DNA of 56,701 nucleotides from Octopus bimaculoides (GCF_001194135.2 NC_068984.1:55671825-55728525); one strand, 5' to 3'. Positions 11,831-24,379 are shown, counted from the stretch's first letter. Numbers and translations: made by a program. The notes: generated by a model not told the origin, from the letters alone.

Positions 11831-11874
11831 TGGACCCCACCAATGGCCATATGAACCCCGGTTGAGAACCGCTG
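11831..11874 (-). mobile_element. Terminus of a hAT-like non-autonomous DNA transposon
   Basis: Reverse complement begins CAGCGGTTCTCAACCGGGG, the CAG(T/G)GGTTCTCAACC terminus typical of hAT MITEs. No partner terminus identified. Confidence 0.5.
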
Positions 11875-12065
11875 ATGTAAACGTTTATGAACTTTCAAAG
11901 TATCTAATAATAATAAAAATATCTATTTGGAGAAAGCTATGCCCTCCAGGCCATCTGAGTTAGCGAAGTGATTTCGATTCGCACTTGCAGCCAATGCACT
12001 TTAGTTCAGCAGTCAACCGTTTGCGGAGGATGGTGGGGGTGGAAGTCACCACCTTTTATAACACC

Positions 12066-12067
<2 letters not shown>

Positions 12068-12120
<53 letters not shown>

Positions 12121-12217
12121 CAATAAATGATAGTCCATCGGCTTTGTCAAATAGGAAATCATTATTGTGATGTAGCAGTACCACCACCATCATCATCATC
12201 AACGTCATCATTTTCAT

Positions 12218-12265
<48 letters not shown>

Positions 12266-12311
12266 TAGTAGTGGTAGTAGTAGTAGTAGCAGCAGCAGCA
12301 GCAGCAACAGC

Positions 12312-12346
<35 letters not shown>

Positions 12347-12515
12347 CAGTAACAGTTGTAGTAGTTGTTGTAGAAGAAGAAGAAGAAGAAGAAGAAGAAG
12401 AAGAAGAAGAAGAAGAAACAAAAATACCACCTTCATTGCAATGTAGTTATTCCAACCACCACCATCATGATCATCATCGTCATCAGCGACATCGATATCA
12501 TCATCATCATCACCT
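12068..12515. repeat. (CT)n followed by a compound trinucleotide array (CAC/CAT, AGT, GGT, AGC, AAC, AGA, CAT)
   Basis: Directly visible; explains the poly-L, poly-V and poly-E ORFs. Confidence 0.95.
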
Positions 12516-12591
12516 GCATCAACGAACCAGAGACGGGGGCCTTCTTGCAGTTACTCGGTCAAGAAATAGCAGCTAACTCCAGATGCATACA

Positions 12592-12625
<34 letters not shown>

Positions 12626-13045
12626 AAACACAAATCTATGTAGATATATATGTGTGTGTATATATATAAATTATCTAGTATGTATGAGCGTGTATGTATC
12701 TATCTGTCTGTTTGTGTGCGTATGTTTGTATCTGTCTATCTGTGAACAGGATGAGCTTCTATGCTTTTGAGATCATGTAGCGTGAACAGCATATTGCATT
12801 GCCAGGTGAAAACTAGCCACCACCCTTATCAAGCTCTAAGCTTCATTAACCAACTAACGTCTTCTATTAAATCTATCAAACACAAGCACACTCATTCACA
12901 TAATATTTTACACAATGAACATAATGAAAGTTATTCTGAAGTGATGCGCTATCTTATTTTTGTGCTTGTCGGTGTTGCGGCTGATGCTTATGCGGATAGA
13001 CGTGCAAGCGTGTCTTAACATGTATGTTTGTGTGTGTGTGATTAA

Positions 13046-13250
13046 AGGGTGGGAGATTTGCAATATCATTAGAGCTCTACGATATTTGTTCCCATCCTCA
13101 CATTCTGAGTTCAAATACTGCCGAGGTCGTCTCTGCTTTTCATCGTTTCAGGACCAATAAAACAAAAATACCAGTTGAGCACTGGGGTTCATGTATTTGA
13201 CTTGTTATCTCCTCTAAAAATTTCAGACTTTGTGCCTATAGTACAAACGA

Positions 13251-13312
<62 letters not shown>

Positions 13313-13745
13313 ATGCGGCGAGGTGGCAAAATCGTTAGCGCGCCGGGCGAAATGCTTAGTGGTATTTCGTCTGTCGCTACGTTCTGAGTACAAATTCCGC
13401 CGAGGTCGACTTTGCCTTTCATCCTTTCGTGGGTCGATAAATTAAGTACCAGTGAAACACTGGGGTCGATGTAATCGACTAGTTCCTTCCCCCACAGTTT
13501 CAGGCCTTGTACCTAGAGTAGAAAGGATTATCATTATTATTGTTATTACCGATGCGGCGAGTTAGCAGCATCTTTAGCGCGTCGGACAAAATGCGTAGCG
13601 GCTTTTGTTCCGGCTTTTACGTTCTGAGCTCGAATCCCGCAGAGGCTGACGTTGCCTTTCGTCATTTCGGGTTCGATATTATAAAGCACCTGTCAAGCGT
13701 TGGGAGCGATAGCATCGACTCACTGTTTCATTCAAAATTATTACT
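13046..13745 (+). mobile_element. Three head-to-tail SINE family A copies
   Basis: Units at ~13046-13309 (with (ATT)n tail), 13313-13548 (best preserved: A box tggcaaaatcg, gttctgagtacaaattccgcc, gaggtcgactttgcctttcatcc) and 13552-13745. Confidence 0.9.
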
Positions 13746-13834
13746 CTTATAGTTTGTATATTACTACAATTTGCAAATTACAATTAGTGACTAATTAGAA
13801 CAATTTAAAAATATATATATTGTTATTGCGGGCA

Positions 13835-13902
13835 TCTACATAACTGCACGATCTGCTAGTGATAGCAACTGAATTTCTATTAACTCAAACTATACTGTTT
13901 TC

Positions 13903-13945
<43 letters not shown>

Positions 13946-14075
13946 TACAGAGGATAATATTGCGCTCGGTTTCTGTTACATAGGAAAAAGGACAAGCTGG
14001 TTGCAGCTGGAATGCTTTTGATCATAAGTCTTCTCGATCAGGATTAACCTGGGGCTAAAGAACTACAACAACCAG
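13835..14075 (+). mobile_element. Interspersed repeat family D with internal microsatellite
   Basis: gctggaatgcttttgatcataagtcttctcgatcaggattaacctggggctaaag...caacaa tail. Confidence 0.6.
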
Positions 14076-14277
14076 ATCAACAAGATACATGAATATATAC
14101 GAATTTATTAGGGTTTTGTTCGTATTTGATTGTCTGAACCATACAGGAAGCATTCTACTGTACTCAGTTTTACTGGGTTTATAATACCCGCTTTGTAATT
14201 GCCCTTGGGGTAAATATATAAAAATAATTTCATCGTTAACAGCAGCGTCAACTTCATCTATAATATTNNNNNNNNNN

Positions 14278-14314
<37 letters not shown>

Positions 14315-15051
14315 CTTTGTTAATTGACTACGACGGAGTAGAATACTTGGCAAAAGTAATAGCTAAGTCAACATTTTAGAAGTTAAAATTCAAAAAGTTA
14401 CCGAATATCTTCTGCTGCTGCTGCTGCTGCCACTACTACTACTTCTAGCTGTACTAGTTGCAGCAACAATAACAACAGTAACACGTAACAGCAACGCACA
14501 TGACTTGAAAACACGCGCATGCAGCAAAGAGGCAGCCGCTTTTACGCTGTCTCTTAACTTGCTAGAAACAGCTGCTAAATCATCTACTTCCAAAACATAG
14601 CGTATCGTCTTAAGAAGTAATAGAAAAAAGAATGATATATTGGTTGATGTATGTTAACCCAATAAACAGTATGGTTATAGATGAAACGTCTTTTTTCATA
14701 GATTTAACTAGGTCTAAATAACTACAATAACAATAGAAGCAAAAGCAAAACATTGAATGCATTGTGCGCGAAAAAGCTTACAGAGTAAAATTTCTCTAAG
14801 GAAACAATTTGTTTGACAAGATAAGATTATTAATAAAGCGTGACATAGGGAATAGTTGCAAGAGAGACATATAATGCGTGGTATTATTACAAGATATTGC
14901 AATTCTTCTTTCAATATGACAAGCGAACAGAAAATAAGACACAGAAATATATTGAAAGAAAAAATGAATAAAAAGTCATCAGCGTAGTTAATAACAATAA
15001 CCAGCTATTTGAAGAAGACTTGGAAGGTTTTCCGCTCTCTCTCACACATAT

Positions 15052-15057
15052 ACTCTA

Positions 15058-15141
<84 letters not shown>
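15052..15141. repeat. (CT)n microsatellite
   Basis: Directly visible near-perfect run. Confidence 0.95.
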
Positions 15142-15145
<4 letters not shown>

Positions 15146-16120
15146 GTACTCCCTCTTTTTCTGTCTGACTGCGCACTGTCATCTCTGGGGTACGACACAT
15201 GCATCCGGTATGAAAATTCTCTCCACACCTAACGACACCTTCCACTAGTAACCTCCACCCACACTTCATTATGTTTCGAGTCTTTCTCTCTGTCTTCGTG
15301 CTATTACGCGGGCGTTATTAATGTTTTTCGATTCCATTCTTACTTAGTGAGACATAGTGAGATAGACAGAACGAAAGAAAAACAGAAAGAGATAGATAAA
15401 CAAAAAAGCGATAGATAAACAAAAAAGCGATATAAACTCATTCATAGCAGACGACTATAAAACGAATACAATACATACACAATACATACGTATAAACACA
15501 TACATAATACATACATACATATGCATAAAACAAAACAAAATAAACTGAGCATAGCCAACAAATATAAAGTCTAATAAATGAAAGGAAAAAGAAAAGTAAT
15601 TAATTCCAAATGCTTGTAGGCGGGCTTAAAATCTGTAAAATATTAATTATTTTTTAAAAAAAGCATATTATTCATAGTATTTATTAAACGACAGAAGTGC
15701 AATGGTTGACATATAGTATAGAAAAAGAAAAAAGAATACTTCTTCATTGCGGTTTTCGCTTCAGCGACTTGACCCACCAGCATCACAAAGACTTGTAGTG
15801 TTTGTTGTTGCTGCTGCTGATGCTGTTGTTGCTTATTTTATTGCATTAAATTTTATATATTTTATTTTATTTTATTCTTACTTCTAAATAAGCTTCTGAT
15901 AACAGCGCTGTTAACTGTTGTTCTCTTAGCTTTCGTTATTGCTGTTGTTGTTTAGAACCGTTTTTCTTCTTCTTCTTCATCTGTTTAATTAACACGAAAC
16001 ACAACAACCGCATCACTGAGCTAAAAAGTGTCTGGGAAAATAATTTAAGCAACTGGGAGGTACCTACCGACACCATCACCACCATCCCGTTGCGCGACAC
16101 GAAAAGAGACAAAGAGATAG

Positions 16121-16123
<3 letters not shown>

Positions 16124-16163
<40 letters not shown>

Positions 16164-16200
16164 AACAGAGAAAGAAAGCGAGAGGGAGAGAGAAAGAGAG
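16124..16200. repeat. (GA)n microsatellite
   Basis: Directly visible. Confidence 0.9.
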
Positions 16201-16632
16201 TGCAGTTACACACACAAACACACACATATCCATCTACCCACCCCAGAAAATAAAACTGCAACAACTAGAGTGACATCCACAGCACCAGCAGCAGCAGCAG
16301 TAGTAATAACTACAGCAACGACATAACAGCTACCTACAACAATAACAACATAATATATATATATATATATATATATATANNNNNNNNNNNNNNNNNNNNN
16401 NNNNNNNNNNNNNNNNNNNNNNNNNNNNNNNNNNNNNNNNNNNNNNNNNNNNNNNNNNNNNNNNNNNNNNNNNNNNNNNNNNNNNNNNNNNNNNNNNNNN
16501 NNNNNNNNNNNNNNNACAAAACATTTCGGCGTTTTCAATACTTTGGTGGATTACTTGCCTCACTTATACAGATAAGAGAGACGTGTCACACTGTCCTTGT
16601 CATCTGGACATAAAGAAAACCTTCCTTCCCGG

Positions 16633-16690
<58 letters not shown>
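16633..16690. repeat. (ATT)n microsatellite
   Basis: Directly visible. Confidence 0.95.
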
Positions 16691-17112
16691 GTTGCCGCGT
16701 CGCCATCGGTGTTGCGTTTTAAGTTTTTTTTTATTTTGTTTTACCTCTTACTTCATCCAAAAACATTGTTTCTTCTGTATTCGTTGATTCGTTGTGGATA
16801 TATTTATGAAACATGAATTACGGACACACAGCGTCAACCTCGGTACCTATAAAATCACCAAGCAGTTCAAAATCAAAAAGTCAAACACAATCACCAGTTG
16901 ATCTTGAGGTAGGTTATATATATACACATATATATATATAAATATATTTATATTCATATATACAGCTTTCATGAATTGTCAAGTTTTCTTTTCCTCTACC
17001 CCACGCAAACATTACTAACTATATCACACGACACTGCCTAGACTTCACGCATGCATGCAACACACAAACATTTCATGCATGTTTCTATGTATCTATACAA
17101 CAATGAATGTTC

Positions 17113-17143
<31 letters not shown>

Positions 17144-17209
17144 TGTGCATATGTATCTATGGGTGCGCANNNNNNNNNNCGTCTGTTGTTATTTTTTGTA
17201 TATTCTCCC

Positions 17210-17240
<31 letters not shown>

Positions 17241-17715
17241 TATATTTGTTGCTAGGTAGTTAGGTATGTACGTACGTATGTATATGCTTGTTTGTATTTA
17301 GGTATGATGTATGTATGTATGTGTGTGCAGATATATGTGCATGCATGTATATATGTAAATATGTAGGAATTTAAATGGTTATGAATATATTCACACAGTT
17401 ACGAACATGCATAAATACAAACAGACGTAGGCAAACATGCATGTTGACATATTTACATACGTACATGTACGCATGCGAAACAAAGTATTAACACCAATGT
17501 ATGGATTTTTTTCTTTTCATATATAGGCGTAAACTCTCCAAACCTACCCACCCCCACACATGCATACATACATACACGTATACATAAATACGAAATACAC
17601 ATAGGCAATATACATAAATGTAATGCCTACATAAATACGTACAAACATATATTGCATATATCCTGGCTACTCTGTCTTTTGCTTTCAGCACCCACTCCAG
17701 CATCTATGTAATCCT

Positions 17716-17856
17716 CTACCTCTTCTTTCTTTCATCGTCAATATAGTTGTAGAAGTACGGAGACTTATCCGTCGTCACCTGTCTATTGTCATCAGATCCA
17801 ACCGCAGTTGTCACAACAATCACTTTTATAAACACATCAACCCACGTACATTTCAT
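17716..17856 (-). CDS. Weak candidate small ORF or first coding exon: MKCTWVDVFIKVIVVTTAVGSDDNRQVTTDKSPYFYNYIDDERKKR
   Basis: 46-codon non-repetitive ORF with a hydrophobic N-terminus (signal-peptide-like) and a weak possible donor AG|GTAGAG at 17720/17719. No recognisable homology. Confidence 0.2.
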   Translation of the reverse strand: MKCTWVDVFIKVIVVTTAVGSDDNRQVTTDKSPYFYNYIDDERKKR

Positions 17857-18526
17857 GCAACTCACCGACCGACAAACGCTAAGTTGTTATCAAGTAACGC
17901 CAGCTTCATTAAAAGAGCGTGAAGGGTTGCCTGCCTGCCTGCCTGTCTGCCTGCCTGCTGCATAGCAGATTCTATGAAATATTGTTGTTGCTACTGTTGT
18001 TAGCCTTCGTCGCCGAGATCTATGATATCTGTATACTCTAGTCATGACCATCTCTAAGTTTTTTGTTTTTGTTTGTTTTGGGGGGAGTTTTTTAAAGATA
18101 TCTCTGAGAAATCTACATTTTGTGTCTTTCCCACTGGTACGCTGGGTGATTTGAATGAGTTTTTTGGCTGCGGTTTTAGTAGATCAAGAAATCGCGTGCA
18201 CGTCACTTTGTTCTTCTAAAATTTAGTTTTAAGATTATCGAGGAATAAAGATGTGGGTTAAAAGTTTCCACAGAACGGTTTTTACCAGCACCTTCCTGAT
18301 GCAAGATGTAGTGTGCGTGGGAGGAGGAGATCATGTGGTGGAATGGTGGACGGTGGGACACCCTAGGTAACCATCTCCTTCCATGATGTCTTCCCCTTTC
18401 ATAATTTCCTTAACTGCTGATTCATGCTTGTTTGTGTGTGTGTGCATGTAAGTATGCAAATATATGTGTATATACACACACACACACACATATATATACA
18501 TACACATACTTTTTATTTATTATACT

Positions 18527-18558
<32 letters not shown>

Positions 18559-18562
<4 letters not shown>

Positions 18563-18748
18563 GAGAATATACAAAAAATAACAACAGACGAGGACAGGTG
18601 GTGTAAATAACAAAAGTATATATTAGTATGACGCTCGGGAATACGGAAAGTCTTTGACGTTTCGAGCTACGCTCTTCAACAGAAAGAATACGGAGACAAG
18701 GAGAAAAACACGGAGAAAAAAAATTGAATAGTGTTCAGTCAACGGTCA

Positions 18749-18750
<2 letters not shown>
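18559..18750 (-). mobile_element. Short Penelope-like pLTR-type non-autonomous element between two (TA)n runs
   Basis: Carries a minimal hammerhead-like motif. The 3' end tgttattttttgtatattctccc(AT)n recurs inverted at 17180-17211. Confidence 0.65.
18651..18687 (-). ncRNA. Minimal type-I hammerhead ribozyme-like motif with an A6U core variant
   Basis: Minus strand reads TCTTT-CTGTTGA-A-GAGC gta GCTC-GAAAC-GTC-AAAGA: 5-bp stem I, 4-bp stem II, loop-less palindromic stem III (ACGT) and a GUC cleavage triplet. Confidence 0.65.
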
Positions 18751-18813
<63 letters not shown>

Positions 18814-19267
18814 AAATATATAAATTTCTTGTTGTGCTCGTCTTTTTCCTTTTCTGTAGTTCCTATGCATTGACAGCAGATTTTAAAGAAACCATTCATT
18901 TGTTCTCTTCCATGGTTCCTTTCGCTAAAAGCGTCTTTAAAATATTCACAACCAAAAATGTACTGAAACACATCTAATCATGCATTCATTTGTCAATTAC
19001 GCTTTTAGTAAATCATATCGTATACTTAATCATCTATAATTTGGATTCAAATAATACCATATTTTAAAACTCATTTCTTTCACTTACATTCATTTCATTT
19101 TCTTAATTGTTCATATATTATATTATGGGTACACATACGGTCGTGTGCTTTACAAGTTTCCTTCACAACTACAGTGGTTACGTGTAATACTCTTCAGCTA
19201 GTGAAGTAAGCCAGGCGGTAAGGTATCATGATGTTGTTAATGTTTTACGATTTGTTTTTCAGTTACC

Positions 19268-19460
19268 ATCTTGGGTTGGACCGTTGCACATTGCGCATTT
19301 GCTGTTGAAACGTATTTCAGAAATAATGAGGCTTTCTTATTTGCCCACATCAAGTACCTTCTGCCATACCCACTGATCGATTGAAAACTTGTTGGCAGAC
19401 ATAAACTGGGTGGAGGCTCGACGGAAGGAGAGTTTCTGTTAATGAACGGAAGACTTCATC
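19268..19460 (+). pseudogene. Decayed Tc1/mariner-like transposase N-terminal (HTH) fragment
   Basis: Translates to LGWTVAHCAFAVETYFRNNE and, after a frameshift, VPSA. This matches the WTxEHRAFAVExYF...VPS N-terminus of mariner-like transposases. Stops and frameshifts follow. Confidence 0.5.
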
Positions 19461-21299
19461 AATCGCCCAGTTTAACAGTACTACTTGGTCCCCCTTACCT
19501 TTATCGAAGTACATAACTGTTGTAAACAAATATTCTGTCTAGGTCTCCGGTCATAGGATATACGATACCTTCCACATTTTAGTCCCCAAAGAGATCCTGA
19601 AAAGAGCTATGGATGCTGTCTTGTCCCTCTGATCTAAGCTAGATAAAAATAGTTATTGTCTTGTATGACTATGGACATATTTTTTTTATTCTGAAGTTAG
19701 ATAGTTTCACGGCTTCAACAGCGTCTCTGATTTCTGCTGGCTGTGTTATAACTGAGTGGGCGGATAGGATACTGGCTAAATGACACAGCTATTGAACTAC
19801 ATAGAAACTCCGACATGAAATCAGTTCATTCTTTGCAGATATCGGTGAAAACTTAACGTCATAGCAACATTGTCACTCTCACACCGCAGGATTCAGTTCT
19901 CCAGCTTTTATTAACAGACACGTATTATGAACGCTTATGTCTTAACTTCTTAAATGTTGAATACGCGCTAACGTCCCGGTGTGCTGTAACTGCAGCTGGG
20001 TTTCTTTCCTCGCATGTCTCATTCTAACTTCATGAATTCCGCCAAAGGACTTCTGAAAAATATTTATAAGTTGTGTTCCTCTTTCCTCTTTTTAATACAA
20101 AATGAGTTGTGCTAATGGAAAATATAATACATATATTTTGTTCCTTCAAACAATGCAGAAACAGAGCAGTGGTAAGCTGGTCATAAGTCATGTTAGCGAT
20201 CAAAAGTCTTTCTCTTCAATTATATTACTAACATGCGTTCGTACACTGAATATATATATGTATATACATATATATGTATGTATATATATATATATATATA
20301 TNNNNNNNNNNNNNNNNNNNNNNNNNNNNNNNNNNNNNNNNNNNNNNNNNNNNNNNNNNNNNNNNNNNNNNNNNNNNNNNNNNNNNNNNNNNNNNNNNNN
20401 NNNNNNNNNNNNNNNNNNNNNNNNNNNNNNNNNNNNNNNNNNNNNNNNNNNNNNNNNNNNNNNNNNNNNNNNNNNNNNNNNNNNNNNNNNNNNNNNNNNN
20501 NNNNNNNNNNNNNNNNNNNNNNNNNNNNNNNNNNNNNNNNNNNNNNNNNNNNNNNNNNNNNNNNNNNNNNNNNNNNNNNNNNNNNNNNNNNNNNNNNNNN
20601 NNNNNNNNNNNNNNNNNNNNNNNNNNNNNNNNNNNNNNNNNNNNNNNNNNNNNNNNNNNNNNNNNNNNNNNNNNNNNNNNNNNNNNNNNNNNNNNNNNNN
20701 NNNNNNNNNNNNNNNNNNNNNNNNNNNNNNNNNNNNNNNNNNNNNNNNNNNNNNNNNNNNNNNNNNNNNNNNNNNNNNNNNNNNNNNNNNNNNNNNNNNN
20801 NNNNNNNNNNNNNNNNNNNNNNNNNNNNNNNNNNNNNNNNNNNNNNNNNNNNNNNNNNNNNNNNNNNNNNNNNNNNNNNNNNNNNNNNNNNNNNNNNNNN
20901 NNNNNNNNNNNNNNNNNNNNNNNNNNNNNNNNNNNNNNNNNNNNNNNNNNNNNNNNNNNNNNNNNNNNNNNNNNNNNNNNNNNNNNNNNNNNNNNNNNNN
21001 NNNNNNNNNNNNNNNNNNNNNNNNNNNNNNNNNNNNNNNNNNNNNNNNNNNNNNNNNNNNNNNNNNNNNNNNNNNNNNNNNNNNNNNNNNNNNNNNNNNN
21101 ATATATATGTATATATATATATATATATCAAATATCATGTAATGTATTTGAAGGTATTATTTCTTCCATATCATGAAACACAACATTTTCTTCCTATATA
21201 TATTATATAATACAATTACAGTTCTTTCATACATATTTCGGTCGAACTACTGGTACTAGTACGGTTATTACAAGTCTGCTTGGTATTATCATTTCGATA

Positions 21300-21720
21300 T
21301 CACATCGTACTCAGAATTAGAGTACCAGTCGCGTATTGTAGTTCGGTGGTGTCGATAGCCCTTTCGCTTTCAAATTGTTGGGCTTGTGGCCAACTCTTTA
21401 CATTCTGAGCGCAAATCCCACGTTAAACTTCGCCTTTCATTCCTCTGAGAAGAACGGAAGTCAATTTCATTGACTATTGCTTATCCTTAAATCCTGATTT
21501 ATGTCTATGTTAGAAAATATAATCTTAATTGTGTCGGATAAAATACTGTATAACATTTAGTTATGTCCTTTCATGTTGTGAGTCCAAGTCATAAAGTCAC
21601 TTTTGCCTTTCATCCTCTCACATCGAGCAAATAAGCACCAGTCAAGTACCGAGTCGATATTGCCAAAACTTCCTTTCGCCAAAATTGCTGGCCTTGTAGT
21701 AATTATTAGAAATTATCAAT
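21300..21720 (+). mobile_element. Old, degenerate tandem SINE family A fragments
   Basis: tttacattctgagcgcaaatccc, ttttgcctttcatcct, aagcaccagtcaagtacc, tgctggccttgt. Confidence 0.55.
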
Positions 21721-22014
21721 ATCTCACAATCATCCAATATGGAGTGACGAATTTGTAGGAGCACCGGACTATACGACCTACAATATTTTAATTCGTTCGT
21801 CTACTTTCTTATATCAAATGATGCCAAGACCGAGTCGATTTGACCAATTTTTATTTCTGAACTCGACGAAATACCAGCATTATACTGGATTGAGTTACTC
21901 AAGTACAACTTTCTAATAGATATGCGCAAACTTACACGTCCGTATAAAAGATACCATATCCTCCTAATCAACATCGGTATCATCATCAAGAGTTGGCAGC
22001 AACGAAAAGATGCT

Positions 22015-22600
22015 AAAGCCTTTTTCTTGCTATTGTTTAACCCAGATCAGCTTTGAACGAATATATTTGTAAACTAAAAAGCATACCGTCTTTTTAAAAT
22101 TCACTCTACATCATCCAATATGTCCATTTTTATTAAAGACGTAATTTGAAGGAAATTTAGCTGTTAGCAGCTAGTTCTGACATGTCAGGGAACCACTTAC
22201 AAGTGCTTTCGTTCCAATATTTCTTCCGTCTCATTTTATATTATTTTTATTTTTTAAGTTACTTCAGAGAGATTTGGTTGCTATTTCTACTGGCCCAATG
22301 GTAGTATGCATAAGCTCTTATATTCCAACGTACTCTTTCTTTCCTCCAAGATATAAGCTGCGGTTTGAGGGTGAATTGGTTTCTATTTATGTAAGATTGA
22401 CTTTCTATGTACAGATAATTTCATTTTAATAGGTGCTTCCTCTTACAAGATGTAGAATGGGATGTCAGGTAGATTTGGCAACTATTTCTCATAGGCCGAG
22501 TGACCACGCCATTTCCTAATTCTAAGAGGAACGTCCTCCTACAAATGACTGTATGTGATTTGGGAGAAATATGACTGCTGTATCTATCAGGTCTAGCGAA
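22015..22600 (-). mobile_element. Several partial family D repeats
   Basis: Recurrent gatttggttgctatttct, gatttggcaactatttctcataggccgagtgacc and gtgatttgggagaaatatg.ctgct motifs. Confidence 0.5.
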
Positions 22601-23039
22601 GACACCAAGAATGTTGTTTTTCAAGTGAATTCCTGTATCTGAAGATACTGCAATCTGTAATGCAAAGACCAGACAAATTGAAAACGTTAGACAATAAGTT
22701 GTGTCGAACAGTTTTAGAGCATAATTATTGTTTTGTTTTTTTTTAATTCCTACACACACACAACCTTGTTAGGTACAGCTAATTACAATAATAAGAAGGA
22801 TTTCACACATTTCAATGGTGACAATTTCTACAGTGGAAGCACTATTTTCAATGGTTGCTTAATGTGATCCAAGTTTTCTTTTCAAATATTGCGTTGGTTA
22901 GATATTGTTGCATAGGTTAGACAATGAATAACTGGTGAAAATGCAGCTTTTCTACAGTTTCTGCATACATACACGCACACGCACGCACACACACACACAC
23001 ACACACACGCACACATATATATATATAAATACACGTATA

Positions 23040-23394
23040 CATACAAATAGATTATATATATATACATGTATAAAAAATTATATATATACATATATATAAA
23101 TAAATTATATATATGCATGCATTATATATACACATATATATAAATAAATTATATATATGTAAATTATATATATATGTGTATATATATAAATTTTATATAT
23201 ATAAATTATATATATAAATATATAAATTTTATATATATATATATATGCATATATATAAATAAATTATATATATGCATATACCTCAATAAATAAATTATAT
23301 ATATATATATAAATAGATAAATTATATATATACATACACATATATATATATATATGAATAAATTATATTTATATAAATTATATATATATATATA
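23040..23394. repeat. AT-only minisatellite with unit ~ATAAATTATATATAT, derived from (TA)n
   Basis: Repeated ataaattatatata units; the same unit occurs at ~23975 and 24538-24588. Confidence 0.8.
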
Positions 23395-23788
23395 NNNNNN
23401 NNNNNNNNNNNNNNNNNNNNNNNNNNNNNNNNNNNNNNNNNNNNNNNNNNNNNNNNNNNNNNNNNNNNNNNNNNNNNNNNNNNNNNNNNNNNNNNNNNNN
23501 NNNNNNNNNNNNNNNNNNNNNNNNNNNNNNNNNNNNNNNNNNNNNNNNNNNNNNNNNNNNNNNNNNNNNNNNNNNNNNNNNNNNNNNNNNNNNNNNNNNN
23601 NNNNNNNNNNNNNNNNNNNNNNNNNNNNNNNNNNNNNNNNNNNNNNNNNNNNNNNNNNNNNNNNNNNNNNNNNNNNNNNNNNNNNNNNNNNNNNNNNNNN
23701 NNNNNNNNNNNNNNNNNNNNNNNNNNNNNNNNNNNNNNNNNNNNNNNNNNNNNNNNNNNNNNNNNNNNNNNNNNNNNNNNNNNNNNNN

Positions 23789-23822
<34 letters not shown>

Positions 23823-23830
23823 TATATTAT

Positions 23831-23880
23831 ATTACTTGTTTCAGTCATTTACTGCGATCATGCTGGAGCACCGCCTTTAT
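23831..23880 (-). mobile_element. SINE family B tail fragment
   Basis: tacttgtttcagtcatttactgcgatcatgctggagcaccgccttta. Confidence 0.75.
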
Positions 23881-24379
23881 GGGACAAGGACGCCAGACAC
23901 CCAGACAGTGAGGTGATACAAGAAAGAGACAAAACATCCAGATAGACAATACAAGGAAAGAAGGACAGGTCATATATATAAATTATATATATACATATAT
24001 ATATATATAGGGGAAAAATAAGTTCCAAAAAGAACAATTCAATCTGTTTGAGAGGTCCAAAAAGAGAGAAAGATTGCCACAGCAAGTAATAAGAATATGA
24101 AAATATTAGTTGAAAAATATCTTTATAGGTATAACTATACCATAAACAATTGTAGAACAAGGGAGGAGAAAAAGTCGTTGCATCAAAATCAGATTTAATA
24201 CAAATTAGGATTCAATACATACGCGCGTTTCAAAGGACAATACAAATATATCAGAAAAAATTATAGTCATAGTAATTAAAATTAAATTTATGCATTGTCA
24301 TTCTCATCAGTGTGAAGTATTTTTGGAAGGGAATCAAAAAAGTTTTAATAAAATAAAGTAAATTAAAATAAGATATAAT

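Noticed and set aside
14390-14600. Stop-free frames on both strands (MEVDDLAAVSS... on -, LLLLLPLLLL... on +)
   Set aside because: Largely due to CTG/CTA/ACA triplet runs; the + frame has no ATG and neither shows homology.
19600-20050. Possible LINE RT remnant on the minus strand (QPAEIRDAVEAVK)
   Set aside because: A single weak motif with no supporting neighbours in a consistent frame.
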